Source: Paraglomus brasilianum
Lineage: Eukaryota
Direction: 5' to 3'
NCBI GenBank assembly: GCA_910592345.1
Contig: CAJVPI010000036.1
Coordinates: 1-64,000, forward strand
DNA length: 64,000 bases
Shown one piece after another: positions 26,294 through 38,479 of this stretch. The translations under genes were made by a program, and so were the position numbers. The notes under the pieces were generated by a model. The model searched no databases, was not told the origin of the DNA, and was given only the letters and a program-made list of their open reading frames with translations. Positions within the stretch are counted from its first letter, which is position 1. Every line of letters begins with the position of its first letter.

Positions 26294-29200
26294 TCGACAA
26301 CAGCAAACTCAGCAGCAGCAACCGCAACAACGGACGCAACAACGACCGCAACAGCTGCCTTCTTTCTTCGCAGCTCCATCATTCGGCAACAGAGGAACAT
26401 ACGCTCAAAGAGATCACACGCCGCTTCCATCATTAAGCGGTACATTTTGGCAAACCCGTACGCTACCATTTGATCCACATCCATATTCCGGAATCAATCC
26501 AACCTCGACATCGCTGCCACAACACTCATCCATTTCTTCTTCTATAACTCAACCTGTATCATCTACAACTACTCCTAGCTCCATAACCTCTTCAGACCCC
26601 CAAAAACATTCTTCACTTAGATTCTCCCACTCATCGTCGTCCTCCTCAGATGTGGACGACAATGATTCTCACTCCCCATCTTCTTCGTCGTCTTCTTCAT
26701 ATGACAGTTCGAGAAAGAGGGCCCGGACGAGGTCAAGTGAGTGGACACAGGGGATTCAACATCCACAAATGGCTGGATATTCTACAAATGTCAATGGAGC
26801 TGTTAACAGTAACATGTTGGATGGGAGTGTTCGAATGAATGACATAAGTAATTGTGTTGGCGGAAGTGCCAATAATATGAATGGAAGTGCAAATTTTAGT
26901 GTTGGCGTTAATGGCTCCACAGGTATGCGAACAATTCCTTCGCCAATAGGATATGTTGGACAACAGACTAATGGAAGCTACATGCGCCCATATTTTGATC
27001 TGTACAATTTACCAGAGTCACCTATTTCGACCTTTCCTACAGTATATGGATCTCGTATGGAACACTATGCTAGCCAAAATACAGCACTCAGACCTATAAC
27101 GACCTCCACTTCCACTTCCTCCACCACAACCACCACTCCGCCACCGCATCCTTCGACGACGGTGCAAGCAAACGGGCGACATTCTGACTCGTTTCAGCGA
27201 CCGCACACATCAAATCAACCATTTCTACCCGCAATTATATCCTCTTCTTCGTCTTCGTCGTATCGTCCGTCTCCATTACCTAGACCATTTTCCACGACCA
27301 CTAGAAGATCATATATTAACAATGTTGCCCATCAAGTCGATAATTCGATTCCAAGGCATATAGACACGGAACAGTCTAGAGGATATAGTAGTCATTTTGC
27401 ACCAGCAAGTAATGGGATAAACGTGCCCGTAACTCCGAATTCATTGGATAGAACAAGTGAGAGATGGAACCCACGAAGGAACAATACTCATATGAACAAT
27501 AATAATGTTATTATGAATAACAATGATAATAACACGCTTCAACCAGATAGTACACATTCTTCGCCCATGACAACGTCACAACCATCCAATCCCTCTACAG
27601 TTTCTACTTCAGCCAACATTATTACCTCTACTCCTCCATCCAACACCACACCTTCCTCTTCATCCGCAACAACGTACAATCCAACACCACACAGATTCTC
27701 TTCACCGCCTCTACTTTCTCCACGTAACCCTTCATCACATCAACTTCCGCGAGTGTCCAATTATCGTCAAGGATCCAATATGTCTAGGGTAACACCTCCG
27801 TCAACCCAACGACGACCTCGAGTTTCGACTACAAGGCTATCGTTTGCACCGCCCCTGCACAACAATGGTCACAGTAACACTTCTCTTCGAACGCCAGCAC
27901 ATTATGAATCAGATGATGATGAGGAAGACTATGGGATGGCCATAGATCACGATGGGGATGATGTTGGATTTAGCGCTATAAGGCACAGAAACTTGAGAAG
28001 GATGAGTGGAGTTAGTGGAAGTGGAATCAGTAGTATAAGTCGTGGTACTAATGGTGTGAATGGTCGAAATGATAACAATATTATGTCTGGAATGAACAAT
28101 AGCATTCCTGGAGTAAATCAAATACCCATTACTGCATTTCCAAGTTCTACTCAGACGATACCGACATCGTCAGCAAATGGACCCGATAATATATCCACGC
28201 CTAATGCACCCACATCAGCCAGACCCACACCAACCAGTCCCACACCAGCATCATCATCGCCATCATCGCCATCGCCTCCGCCACCACCTCCATCTTCAGC
28301 CGCACCTGACAATCCTTGGATGCCATTACAATCTCGTCATTTAGAACTCTTTACGTACAGACGCCTAAACCCAGTCTCACCGTTTCGAGCGGCCATGACA
28401 GCCGGTGGCAGTAGATCGAACTCGACGTCGGATAGAAGTCAAGTGATTCCATTATCAGCCAGACTTGCCCAGACTATCCGATCACGTCGTGAGGCAAACG
28501 CTGGGTCAGGATCGGGAACAGGAACGAGAGATAGAAACGTTGGTTCGGGAAATGTACAACCATCGGTCATGTTCCCTCCTCATGTTTCCACATCGTCATC
28601 CACTTCCGGTCCTCGACTACCGCTCCATCACCATCATCATGGACACCGGCGCGACCCATCTAATCAATCGACCTCATCTGCTCAAACGTCGTCTTCAACT
28701 CCATCATATTTACGTTTCTCTCCTCGGTCGTTTGACCTCTATGATAGGGAAGATCGTGATAATGATACGCCTCGTAGGAGTTTTGCACGCAGTCAGAATA
28801 GATCTAACAGAGGAAATTCGGGTACCTATCATCATCATCATCACCATCATTTTATTCCTCAGTTGCCATTCATTGGGAATTTCTTTAATGATTTGGATTT
28901 AGATGAGATTTTGGAACTATTGCCGGATGTTTTGTAAGTAAAATGGGAGAAGATATGCGAAATGGAGAGTGGGAAAAAGAATGATGCGAGGATAAAGAGA
29001 AGTGTATATTGCGTGTTTTATGCTAATTCTTTTTCCTTTATTTAATTTGTGATTTAGTGGTTCTGGGATAGCAGCGAATCCTGGTAATTACCTGGTAAGT
29101 ATCTAATTAATGGGCACTCAAATACTCGTTCTCTCAACTATTTTGAATGGTTAAGACCAACTGACGTCTCTTATCAACGTGTTCTTCTGCAGGATGATGA

Positions 29201-29577
29201 CGACTTTGATAGCAGTTATGAAAGTCTATTGTCTCTGTGCGAACGAAACGGAGATGTGAAACCAAAAGGCGTTCCTGAGAGTCTCATACAGAGCTTACCT
29301 ACAAAATCATATATTTTGTCAAAAGACAAGAGCAATGGCGAACGGTAAGTAGAAGGGATAGTTGCGATTTCGTTTAATATTTTCACTTTACTGATACGTG
29401 ATAATGACATAACTCTTTTGCAGTTGTACAATCTGCCTGAGTGAATATGAGACAAGCGAACGCCTACGGGATCTTCCATGCGCGCATGACTTTCACATAG
29501 ATTGTATTGATGCATGGTTGAAGAACTCTGATAAATGCCCTATTTGTCGTCGTAGTGTAATTGATGGTGGTGATTAA
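25566..29577 (+). CDS. RING-H2 E3 ubiquitin ligase with a very long disordered polyQ/S/T/N-rich N-terminus (exons 25566-28933, ~29058-29093, 29193-29344, 29424-29577)
   Basis: C-terminal exons encode [19 protein letters not shown] (YEELL-like) and [42 protein letters not shown] (C3H2C3). The first exon is an uninterrupted ORF of over 1100 codons. Confidence 0.9.
25902..26330 (+). repeat. CAA/CAG and CAACAC coding microsatellites (polyQ, poly-QH)
   Basis: Uninterrupted CAA/CAG run at 26154-26291 gives 46 Gln, with shorter runs upstream. Confidence 0.95.
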
Positions 29578-32129
29578 AATGGTGTATGCAGTAATGGGTA
29601 ATGGTGGATGGTTGCATTTTGGTGATTAGAAGTTAATGGTCGTGGAGTGGGAGTAGTTGTCGATATTTTGAGGGAGAGATTGGCCAAGTAACTTTTGTGA
29701 TTTGAACTAGCTAATATTTGGAAAGGACTGGGTGTAGTGATTGATATTTTACAAATAGTTATTTACATTGAATGCGGATTGTAAGGTCCGTGTTTATGTT
29801 TGTCTTTTTTTTTTTTTAACCTTGTTTATTTTGTATAGAACTTTAAAACAGCCTTTATATATCCTCTTTTCTTGATTGACGGGAATTGGAATATAAACCA
29901 AAAAAGAAAAACGCGTTGACATTATTCATCATTTCCTTGGATCTATTATTGGTTCTATGAATCCTTTATATGAAAAGGACATGGGACTCGAATAATTTGA
30001 CAATTGTAATAAACATCTGTTCATAATGGAACAATTATTAGTATTTGTTTTGTATATATTTAATACAAGGCGAATGCCACTGTTTATAGTGAATTATTGT
30101 TATTCCATTCCAATATTTCTACTACTGCTGCTACTGTTATTATTATCAATAATGCAAATGATATACTGTATCTTTGCACTTTTTTATTTTCACTTTGATA
30201 CAACGACATATCGAACCAAACATTGGCAATCTATTTCGGGTTTCAATATTATCAATAAAAAACTTTCTGACACCCACTTGATAACATAATGGTCAATGAA
30301 CCAAATGAACACTAATAATTGCAAAAATGTATGAATATGCATTGCAAAATGGGCGTTACAAGAGCAGATCATACAACAATGGGGCTTAAGACATTGTCGA
30401 TATTGTCCTGATTGGATGAGCAAGATGGCTCGATTTTTTTTTTTTTGAACGTGCTGTTCATATGGTAAGACTTGAGCTTATTTTCATAGAATGAGTATAT
30501 ATCGATAAAAGTTCTATATAAAAAAATACAAAACTATAGTTCTTTCCCCTCCCCCTCTTCTTTGTTAGCTGTCCTACAAAATTTGAGTATGCGCCCGAGG
30601 TTTCGCTAATTCAAAATATAATCATGTGGGTGGTACATCCAATCTTTGATATGCTTTGTGTTTTAAGAAGTTCACTTATCGTCCATAGAAGGTCCCCCAA
30701 AAACCTTTTGAACATTCATCCTTAAAATGTGGGACGAGACGAGTATGCACAATACGCCCCTATTATTGTATTAAAAATGTGTGTCAAAGAATTCTCAAGG
30801 ATTGTAAGGCTTTGTATTTGTGTCTAGTTTGCATAAACCTTGATGATAAACCGGATGACGTCTTAACAAAACGACGAATTGCGACTGGTCGTTAATGAAT
30901 GTTACATTTGGGATTGTGTACCCTCATTATTATTATTGTTATTTGCCCAAGTTGGATAGAGTCAAAAGAAAGAGCTTTGCTTTTTCACTTTCTTAGCACA
31001 AATACGTCAGTGTTTCAAAATGATGCCGTCTTTAGCCAAATCCTTCTTACTTCGTTTCCCCAAAATTTATAATTATTGTTATTGTTATGCCGAATTTTAA
31101 CCTTCACGTGACAGTACTGTTTAAAATAAACACAGTAACAGGATTTTCAATAAGAGTTGTAACCAAAATTCGAACAAAGGGGGTCACACGCTTAATATAA
31201 ATTATTATTATATTAATTTAGAGATGCTGCAACAAGCCACTGTGTATTCTCAGGGGGCATTAATCATCAATGATTTTTAAGCAAAGTAAAAGAAAGAAAA
31301 CAAGGTCGCAAGTAATAAAAATATAATCAAGTAAAGCATGAAATAACTCATCGTTTTTTGGGAAGAAACTTGTTCTTGTTCTTGTTCTTGTTCTTGTTCA
31401 TTTAATTGCTGAGTTAATTTCTTTCAACACACATGAATCGAATTGATGGTTTCAGTTTTATCCAACGTAAACATTGTTATAGTCCACCTTGCCAAACAGA
31501 TATTCATTCGAATATAGAGAAATTTTGTTTATTTTAAAGTGATTACCTTCAAATAAATGATCACATGTGGCGGAAAACCAGTCTCTGGTCACTCTGGTGC
31601 AAATTTAGGGTTTACTGATTTTTTTTCGATACCATCATCGTAAAAGCAGCAACCGCCCTGCAATTTTTGGTATGATGCATACAGCATGCTCGATTTTCTC
31701 ATATTGAATGCCTTGCTGAATAAATGTCATCATCACATAGACTTATGGAGACAGCATTACTTAATTAGATCACAATGCTCATTTTTTGGTTTGCGCATTC
31801 GCTCATAAATATGTGAATCTATAACATTTAAAGATTTATTTTTTTTCTACGGTCTGTCATTACTAAATATGTATGCGCTAAATTATCTATGCAAGGTTTA
31901 TAACTATAACAAAATTGAAAGAAAAAAATCAATGAGAGTTTTCTAACTTGTGTTGGATAACACATCGGCATCTACGATATATTTAATGTTCAACCATCAA
32001 TTGAAACTGGAGGGTGAATAGATTTTATCCAATCAGTATGGCGAGATAAAAAATTTACAGTCTTGTCGCTTGCAAATTCAATTATTAGGTGCTTCTTTTG
32101 GTAATTCTGCGTAAATAGTTTCTATGTTA

Positions 32130-32543
32130 AAAATGACGAAAGAGACGAATAAGAGTATAGCAATTAACGCGTTTTTTTTAAACTCTCACACAATTCTCTT
32201 TTTACCATACATATGCTCAACAATTTAATGTACCGGATCAGTTTCTATAAACCAACGCTCCAAATCAAAGACACCTCAAAAGGTAAAATCATTGGGTATG
32301 CTGCTTCTTGTATTTATGTGCCGTTATTTAGCCATTAATTGTGCATGTCTTTGAATTCGGCGCTAAAAAAAGAGTATGTGGAGTTTGAAAATAACAACAA
32401 GTCTCAAGATTAGAAATACAGAATAGTACAATCGATAAAGCGTAGGTGTGAGTTAGTTATTGAAAGTGATGGAGAAAGGTAGCATATTAAAATTTTGTTA
32501 ATAAATCTACTGTATTTTAGCCAATAATTTCTTTACACCCTGA
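32130..32543 (+). mobile_element. Tc1-like relic, same family as 624-1188
   Basis: GCCAATAATTTCTTTACACCCTG at 32520-32542 is nearly the reverse complement of the TIR at 626-648. 32430-32500 aligns with 1060-1140 (GAGTTAGTTATTGAAAG...TAGCATATTAAAATTTTG). The left boundary is approximate. Confidence 0.65.
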
Positions 32544-33024
32544 ATGTGCAGCAAATATACGTGAGCTGGTTTACTCTCTCACAGACATTAACTGAAGAAA
32601 GAATCGACTTAATAGGAGCTAATTCTCAAGCGTCGTATATCGTTGTTCTCTAGATACTGGCACAACAGTTGAAGGGTTAATAGTAAAGAGTCAAATATTG
32701 GATAATAATTCCCCTATTATTTCTGTTTTGGTCCGCCTCTACCTATAAAAAGAAACATTTTTTCGAGCTCAAAAAAATACTGACAGAAAATAACGGGAGA
32801 TACAGTATGTCGTTGATCAAACTATTAAGATCTTGCGAAAGGGGATATTAACATTGTTATTTTAATGCTGACTCATGTCACCACAATCGCATTTATACCT
32901 CGATAAAATATATCAGTTATACGATTATTGCAGCCATGAATATGGCAAATCTCATAATACAAAACTTCATTACAAGCATGTTACAGAAAAGGTAATTTAT
33001 GAACAATTCTTCAAGGATAGTTTA

Positions 33025-33916
33025 GGGCCTTCTCAACAACTTGATGCCCCGATCAAATTTGGAAATTGATGATAAAAATAGAAGTCATTTGGTGGGGGGC
33101 ATCAAGGGGGCATCCCTAAATTGGAAATTGTTTATTTTTCATGAACATAATTCTTGCCAGACATCTCATGTGATGTGACGAGAGCAGTACATGGGATAGA
33201 ACATGCTTTATTTGTTAACTTGAGTCAAGAAATATTTTTTTTTCATATTCATTGCAATGCCTAAGAAGCAAAAAAAACTTCGGATCCTTTATTATACAAA
33301 CACTCACAATGTATGCGGGTTTGATTGATACAAATGATGATAATAATGTTGGAGTGGCTTCAATAATCGTTTAGTAAAATGTGCGACTGATCCTTGGCTA
33401 ACACCAAACATTTGTTCTAGTTGGCGATATCCCAGAGGATTTGCTAATCTTGAATCACAATGCCAACTTGAATTTCAATAAGAAAGGGTGTGGATAAATA
33501 GTTAGGATGCTGCTGTAGGATACTAAGCAGTCGATTGAACGTAGATTGCGAAATGCGTTAAAACTATTATACTCGCTCTCGTCATTAAGATGGAAATATG
33601 TCTGTCCAATAAGCTATTGTTTTTGGCCAAAGTAAACGAGGTGTATGATTAATCATTGACGTCGGATCAAACAGAAATGCTAATTCTATATCAATTAATC
33701 TTGCATCAAATTCTTGTTTAGATTTTATTACTTCTGTTACTAAGTCTTTTCTCATACGGAGGGCGCTAATTATGCGCGTGTGCTTAATTGCAGTCACTTA
33801 TGAAATTTATCACATTTATCTGCATAAAGATAAATATGGTATTACTTATTAGAGAGCTGATGCCCTACTTTGTACGACTTAATTGGATCGGGGCATCAAA
33901 GCTATTGAGAAGGCCC
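33025..33916. mobile_element. Non-autonomous PIF/Harbinger (Tourist-like) element
   Basis: ~35-bp TIRs GGGCCTTCTCAACAACTTGATGCCCCGATCAAATT and AATTGGATCGGGGCATCAAAGCTATTGAGAAGGCCC, flanked on both sides by TTA (3-bp TSD). Confidence 0.8.
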
Positions 33917-34945
33917 TTACACATTTCGAACCATTGATATGCGACATTTGTGTATCATCAATAATAGTAACCAGGTATTTTCGCCTATCGTTATCTATGA
34001 AACGACATTTTACAATTGCCCAAAGTTTGGGGCTAGTATTGCCTATTGACCAATGAATAACTTACAAGATCCAAGAAAAACATGTCGATCTACTATAATG
34101 AACAACAATGACTCAAGTTACGCAAACTTATATACTGTGAGAAAACAAAACACAACTATCGGCCCTCTTCCAAACAAAGATAACGACGGGAAAGTTCCTG
34201 CTGCTTTACAAACAAATAACCTAACTGTAATATAAATAAATTTATACTGATTATATATCTCGTATGGCTGTTGCCATTACGCAGTATTCATGTATATAAT
34301 TCAAAATTTCGTTGACACCTTTGGTTAGCACGAGTCATACATAATGAGACAGAGTATATCAGAGATAACTGAGGAGGTACCTACAGTACATGTTTAACTG
34401 ACTATTACATATTAAGAGTATATACTTAGTTGCGGCTATTACTATTTTATCAGCATAAGCAGCAAGTAGGCAACTGTACATCTTGCCTGCTGAGAAGCAT
34501 GTTACTGTCGTTTTACCAACCAATATATTTTTTTTGTTAATAGACTTCTCAGAAAAAAGAGAGTCCTTCTCCGCTCTCATATGCGCAGGTAGTTTCTCAT
34601 AAGATGGTAATGCGCCAAGGCTGTTATCGCCCGGGATTACTATAGAAGCTAGAACATCTTTGATTGTTTTTATAGATTGCTAAAAAAGATCAGGATTATT
34701 CGTTCTATCATACGCAAAATGAAAATGTAACGGTACGTCGGTCTGTTGTCACGTATCGAGAAGAAACATGTACAGCAATCATGTTAATCAACTTTTTATT
34801 TGTTGCATAGACACCCTTTAAGCAGGATAAATTTTCTCCTAGCCCTTATATAATCGCGCAATCTGTATCTTCTATTCTATTTATATTTTACTGAAATTAA
34901 TCCGTTTTTATTCGTCACTGCAATCGATGCTGAATTTTTATGTAG

Positions 34946-35909
34946 ACATCCTCGACAGGAAGAAATGAAGCTGTACAAAGCAAGGTATATTGAATGTTCT
35001 GGGATAATAATTTTTCCCGTTGTAGCAATTTGATTAACAACTCAATGTTCTATTATACCAGAGCAAGACTGAAGATAAAAGTCAGGTCAAAGATCGAGCT
35101 GATGATAATTGCTGTTTGTCTGTTTTTTTTTATTACGCAACACAAATTTCATTTTCCTTATTAACTAGCTCTGGAGAATCGTGAACCATCTTGTACGGTA
35201 CAGCCATGGTTACATTGTATATGGAAATTGGATGTGTGAAAAGAAAGACAAAGAAGATGAGGATAAATGTGAATACGAATATCAAAGAGAATTCGAACAT
35301 GGCGAACTCGAGACGCTTCTCAAATTTGATCAAAAACTTTATCAAAGAATGTTGTATTATCGGCTGTCTGAGGAATGCGATAAGTGTGAGAAGTCGATAG
35401 TGGTTACGAGTTTTCGGTTATACACAGCAACAATTTTGGATGTAAGTCAATTAATTGTCCATTTCTAAGACAATATCGCTCAACGACATGTAACAAAATT
35501 TTTTATTATTTACAAATAATAGCTTAGCCAAGAAACCCCCACCATTGAAATTCTTCGCAATTTGGAATGGGATAATTTTTACCGAGTATTTGGCTTTTGG
35601 AAATGCCAAATTTGCAAAAAGAAATGGAGGAGCGCTTATACTTGGATATCTCTTAGAGAGTTTATGATGCAAACATCGGCGCGGAATTTAAGAGATTATT
35701 TTATGCAACAGTGCAAGAATTGCCACGGTGACGCGAAATGCAGTGGTCAAAGGAGAAGCGACAGTGACACGAGCATTATTTATAATTACCAACCCCTGAC
35801 GTTGGGAAAAAGCGACGAACATAAAGTATTATTATGCGCAAAGTGTCAGAGTGGGCAAAGCTACAGATGCAGATACAACCAAATTACATACACCGGTATT
35901 CAGAAATAA
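34946..35909 (+). CDS. ZAR1-like 3CxxC zinc-finger protein; 5' exons uncertain
   Basis: Last exon RVFGFWKCQICKKKWRSAYTW...YFMQQCKNC...EHKVLLCAKC. The preceding exon (35170-35441, GTAAGT donor) has a degenerate copy VYGNWMCE...EECDKCEK. Confidence 0.75.
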
Positions 35910-36929
35910 GTCAATGCAGAAATATAGCCAGCGAATATAAGGGGCAAATTTGTCAGCAATTAACGAATATATATGAGCCACTTTACAACATTTATTATAC
36001 GTATATTTGTACATTTTGTCAATATTATATTTATATTATTATTATTGAAACATAAAATACAGTTGGTAAGTTCACTAAAGCGATTGATATTTTTGGACTG
36101 CAGATGCCAAATACCATTTGTACCTCGATATGGTAAGCCTCACACATAATGTATTCGCGGTGGGAAGAGTACTAGTCCCACATTAGCAAGATTGGGAATC
36201 ATTTCACATTTAAATAAGACATACTAGAACATTTGGTTCCAGCAAGGGAATAGTGGTTTTTATCCTTGATAAAAAAGTCCATGACCGACATTTGATGATA
36301 GTGCCACACTATTATTTTCGAGTGCTGGCATCTGTACATTATCGCATGTTGATATTCACCTGTCCACTTGAATAATTTAGTCCATGAGGGACTAATGACA
36401 ATGTCGAAGCTTGCAATCAAGAGCTTGCTTGAGAGACATTCGGGTAATGTAAGGACAATAGAATCATTGTTCATGTGACTTTAAGACGACCCCATCTTAC
36501 CTATCTTACGTAAAGAACTTGATCTCCAATATCTTTGATAAAAATACGGATATAAGTTATGGCATTTTTAGTCTAAAAGTCATCGAAAAGAAGAGACAAC
36601 AATTAATACTTATGACATCTTTCTGTCAAAATAACTCCTGTACTGTATCAGTCACTGTGCTTCCCACCTTAATTGTTTCTAATAATACTGATAAATTGTA
36701 TTTTATTATCGAAAAGGAGAAAAAGACCTCCTTTCGAAATGTCAACCTTACTTACCCCTTCCTTGACTTGTCAAAAAATTGATATCATAACGATTTTTTC
36801 GCTTATTTTCGGAATTGCATACACAAAAAAACTCCAACAACAAAGATATTTCGTAATAACTCCCTTGGCTATGCTCCCCATCTTTAATTATAATAGATCG
36901 ATTCTTCTACATGCCCATACGCTTATCTT

Positions 36930-38034
36930 AAAGTCTCGTTACATTCTACGATGGATCATTTTCGTACATAAACTTTTCATTTATGTACGCGTGACTATAT
37001 TAATATTAATGTCGTCGTTTTACCGACGCGACGCGGTAAACTTTTTACCTAAATTACAATAACTTATTTTTATTTTTGCTATTCTATCGATGGGTTTCCA
37101 GTAAACAATCCCTCTGTCACCAGGGATTGCCGTGACGGATTTTTTCGGAAACAACGTCTTGCAGATACCATACGACTGAATAACCTGATTTTTAATAACA
37201 GACAGCAGAGACTACACAATAACCTTGAACGGTCATCTAATTTTAGAGTTAATAACCCGAGAGCAACAATGTGTAATCCTTGGGTATGGGATGTGTCAGG
37301 ACTATGTAATAGAATGACGTAATTTCTGCGTAGTATATGCAATTATGTCACCGTTAAAGTCACACGACTGAAAAAACTACCGAGACGCTAGGGAAAGTTG
37401 ATAAAAACGTTTCGCAGAATTGCTTCTGATTTAACACTATCCAATATTGCCCATCTTGCGTAAAAAACTTGCTCTCTCCAATAAATGAGTGATGGTAAGT
37501 CAACATACGTGATCTGATAAATTTACGCGTGATATATAGATAGATCAATTATCTACATGTTTACATCTTAAACATTTTCTCGTTACATTCTACGATGGCA
37601 TCTGCAGGAAATTTTTCGTATCTAGACCGTACTATTTCGGAATAAACGATAATAATAATATAGACTTTCGGATTGAGAACCCGCCAACGTACCGAGAGTG
37701 GTAATGATCTACTTCACCGACGCGACGGTAACTTTCAACCTATATTAATATATTTATAATAATCTATAAACTCACTTTTATTTTTAGATAGTTGCCCCGT
37801 GAAAGAAGAAACCCAATTCTCTCCGTTACCAGAGATTGTCCTAAACGATTTCGCGGGCGCAATGTTCCATTGACGATTTTCTGTGGAATAAAGGATGGCT
37901 ATAAACGGGCGCCCGATCTTTGGTTTAAGAACCCAAATCCAACAATGCAAAGTTCTTGGGCAACACTTTACAATACCATAAGGTTTATTACTAGTGACTC
38001 TCGATATATGACTGTTCTTATTTATAGGGAATAA
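36930..38034 (+). repeat. Diverged tandem duplication (~650 bp period), each copy holding a small gene-like unit
   Basis: CTCGTTACATTCTACGATGG at ~36935 and ~37579. ACCGACGCGACG..GTAA at ~37022 and ~37716. Homologous peptides SVTRDC...NPRATMCNPW and SVTRDC...NPNPTMQSSW. Confidence 0.6.
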
Positions 38035-38479
38035 ATCTTTCTTATTACAAAACCTCGTTTACGCTATTCTTGTTGCATATATCTATTCAAAGTTGTTTTA
38101 ATCTATCACAGAAAACGGTTTACAAAACGCATTGATGCGTTATGAGAACGTTATAGTGGGTCTCACAATATTCTACATTAAGTACTACTCTTCTTATACT
38201 GTAAAAGCACCTGGAGGGGGGGGGGGGGCGTAATATAGGTATATAAGATTCACCACAAAAATTTACACAAAATTTACGGTAAACGAAGTATTTGAAGGTC
38301 ATGCGAAAGAGAGAAAAACCGACTTTGACGAACGAAGTAAGCAAAAAGATAAGTAATATGCATAGCGATTGAAATATTGAAGGGGACGTGCCTATGTAAC
38401 ACAAATGTTACCCGCTAAATATAAAGGTGCGTCGTAACACAAGTGTTGAGAACCTTAAGATTTGCGCACATAGAACAAC

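Noticed and set aside
25759..26484. Poly-Leu, poly-Val/Ala and poly-Thr ORFs in other frames
   Set aside because: Shadows of the CAA/CAG repeat in the RING gene, with no independent evidence.
34330..34700. Minus-strand open stretch (LPSYEKLPAHMRAEK...)
   Set aside because: Possibly a gene fragment, but no start, splice or family evidence.
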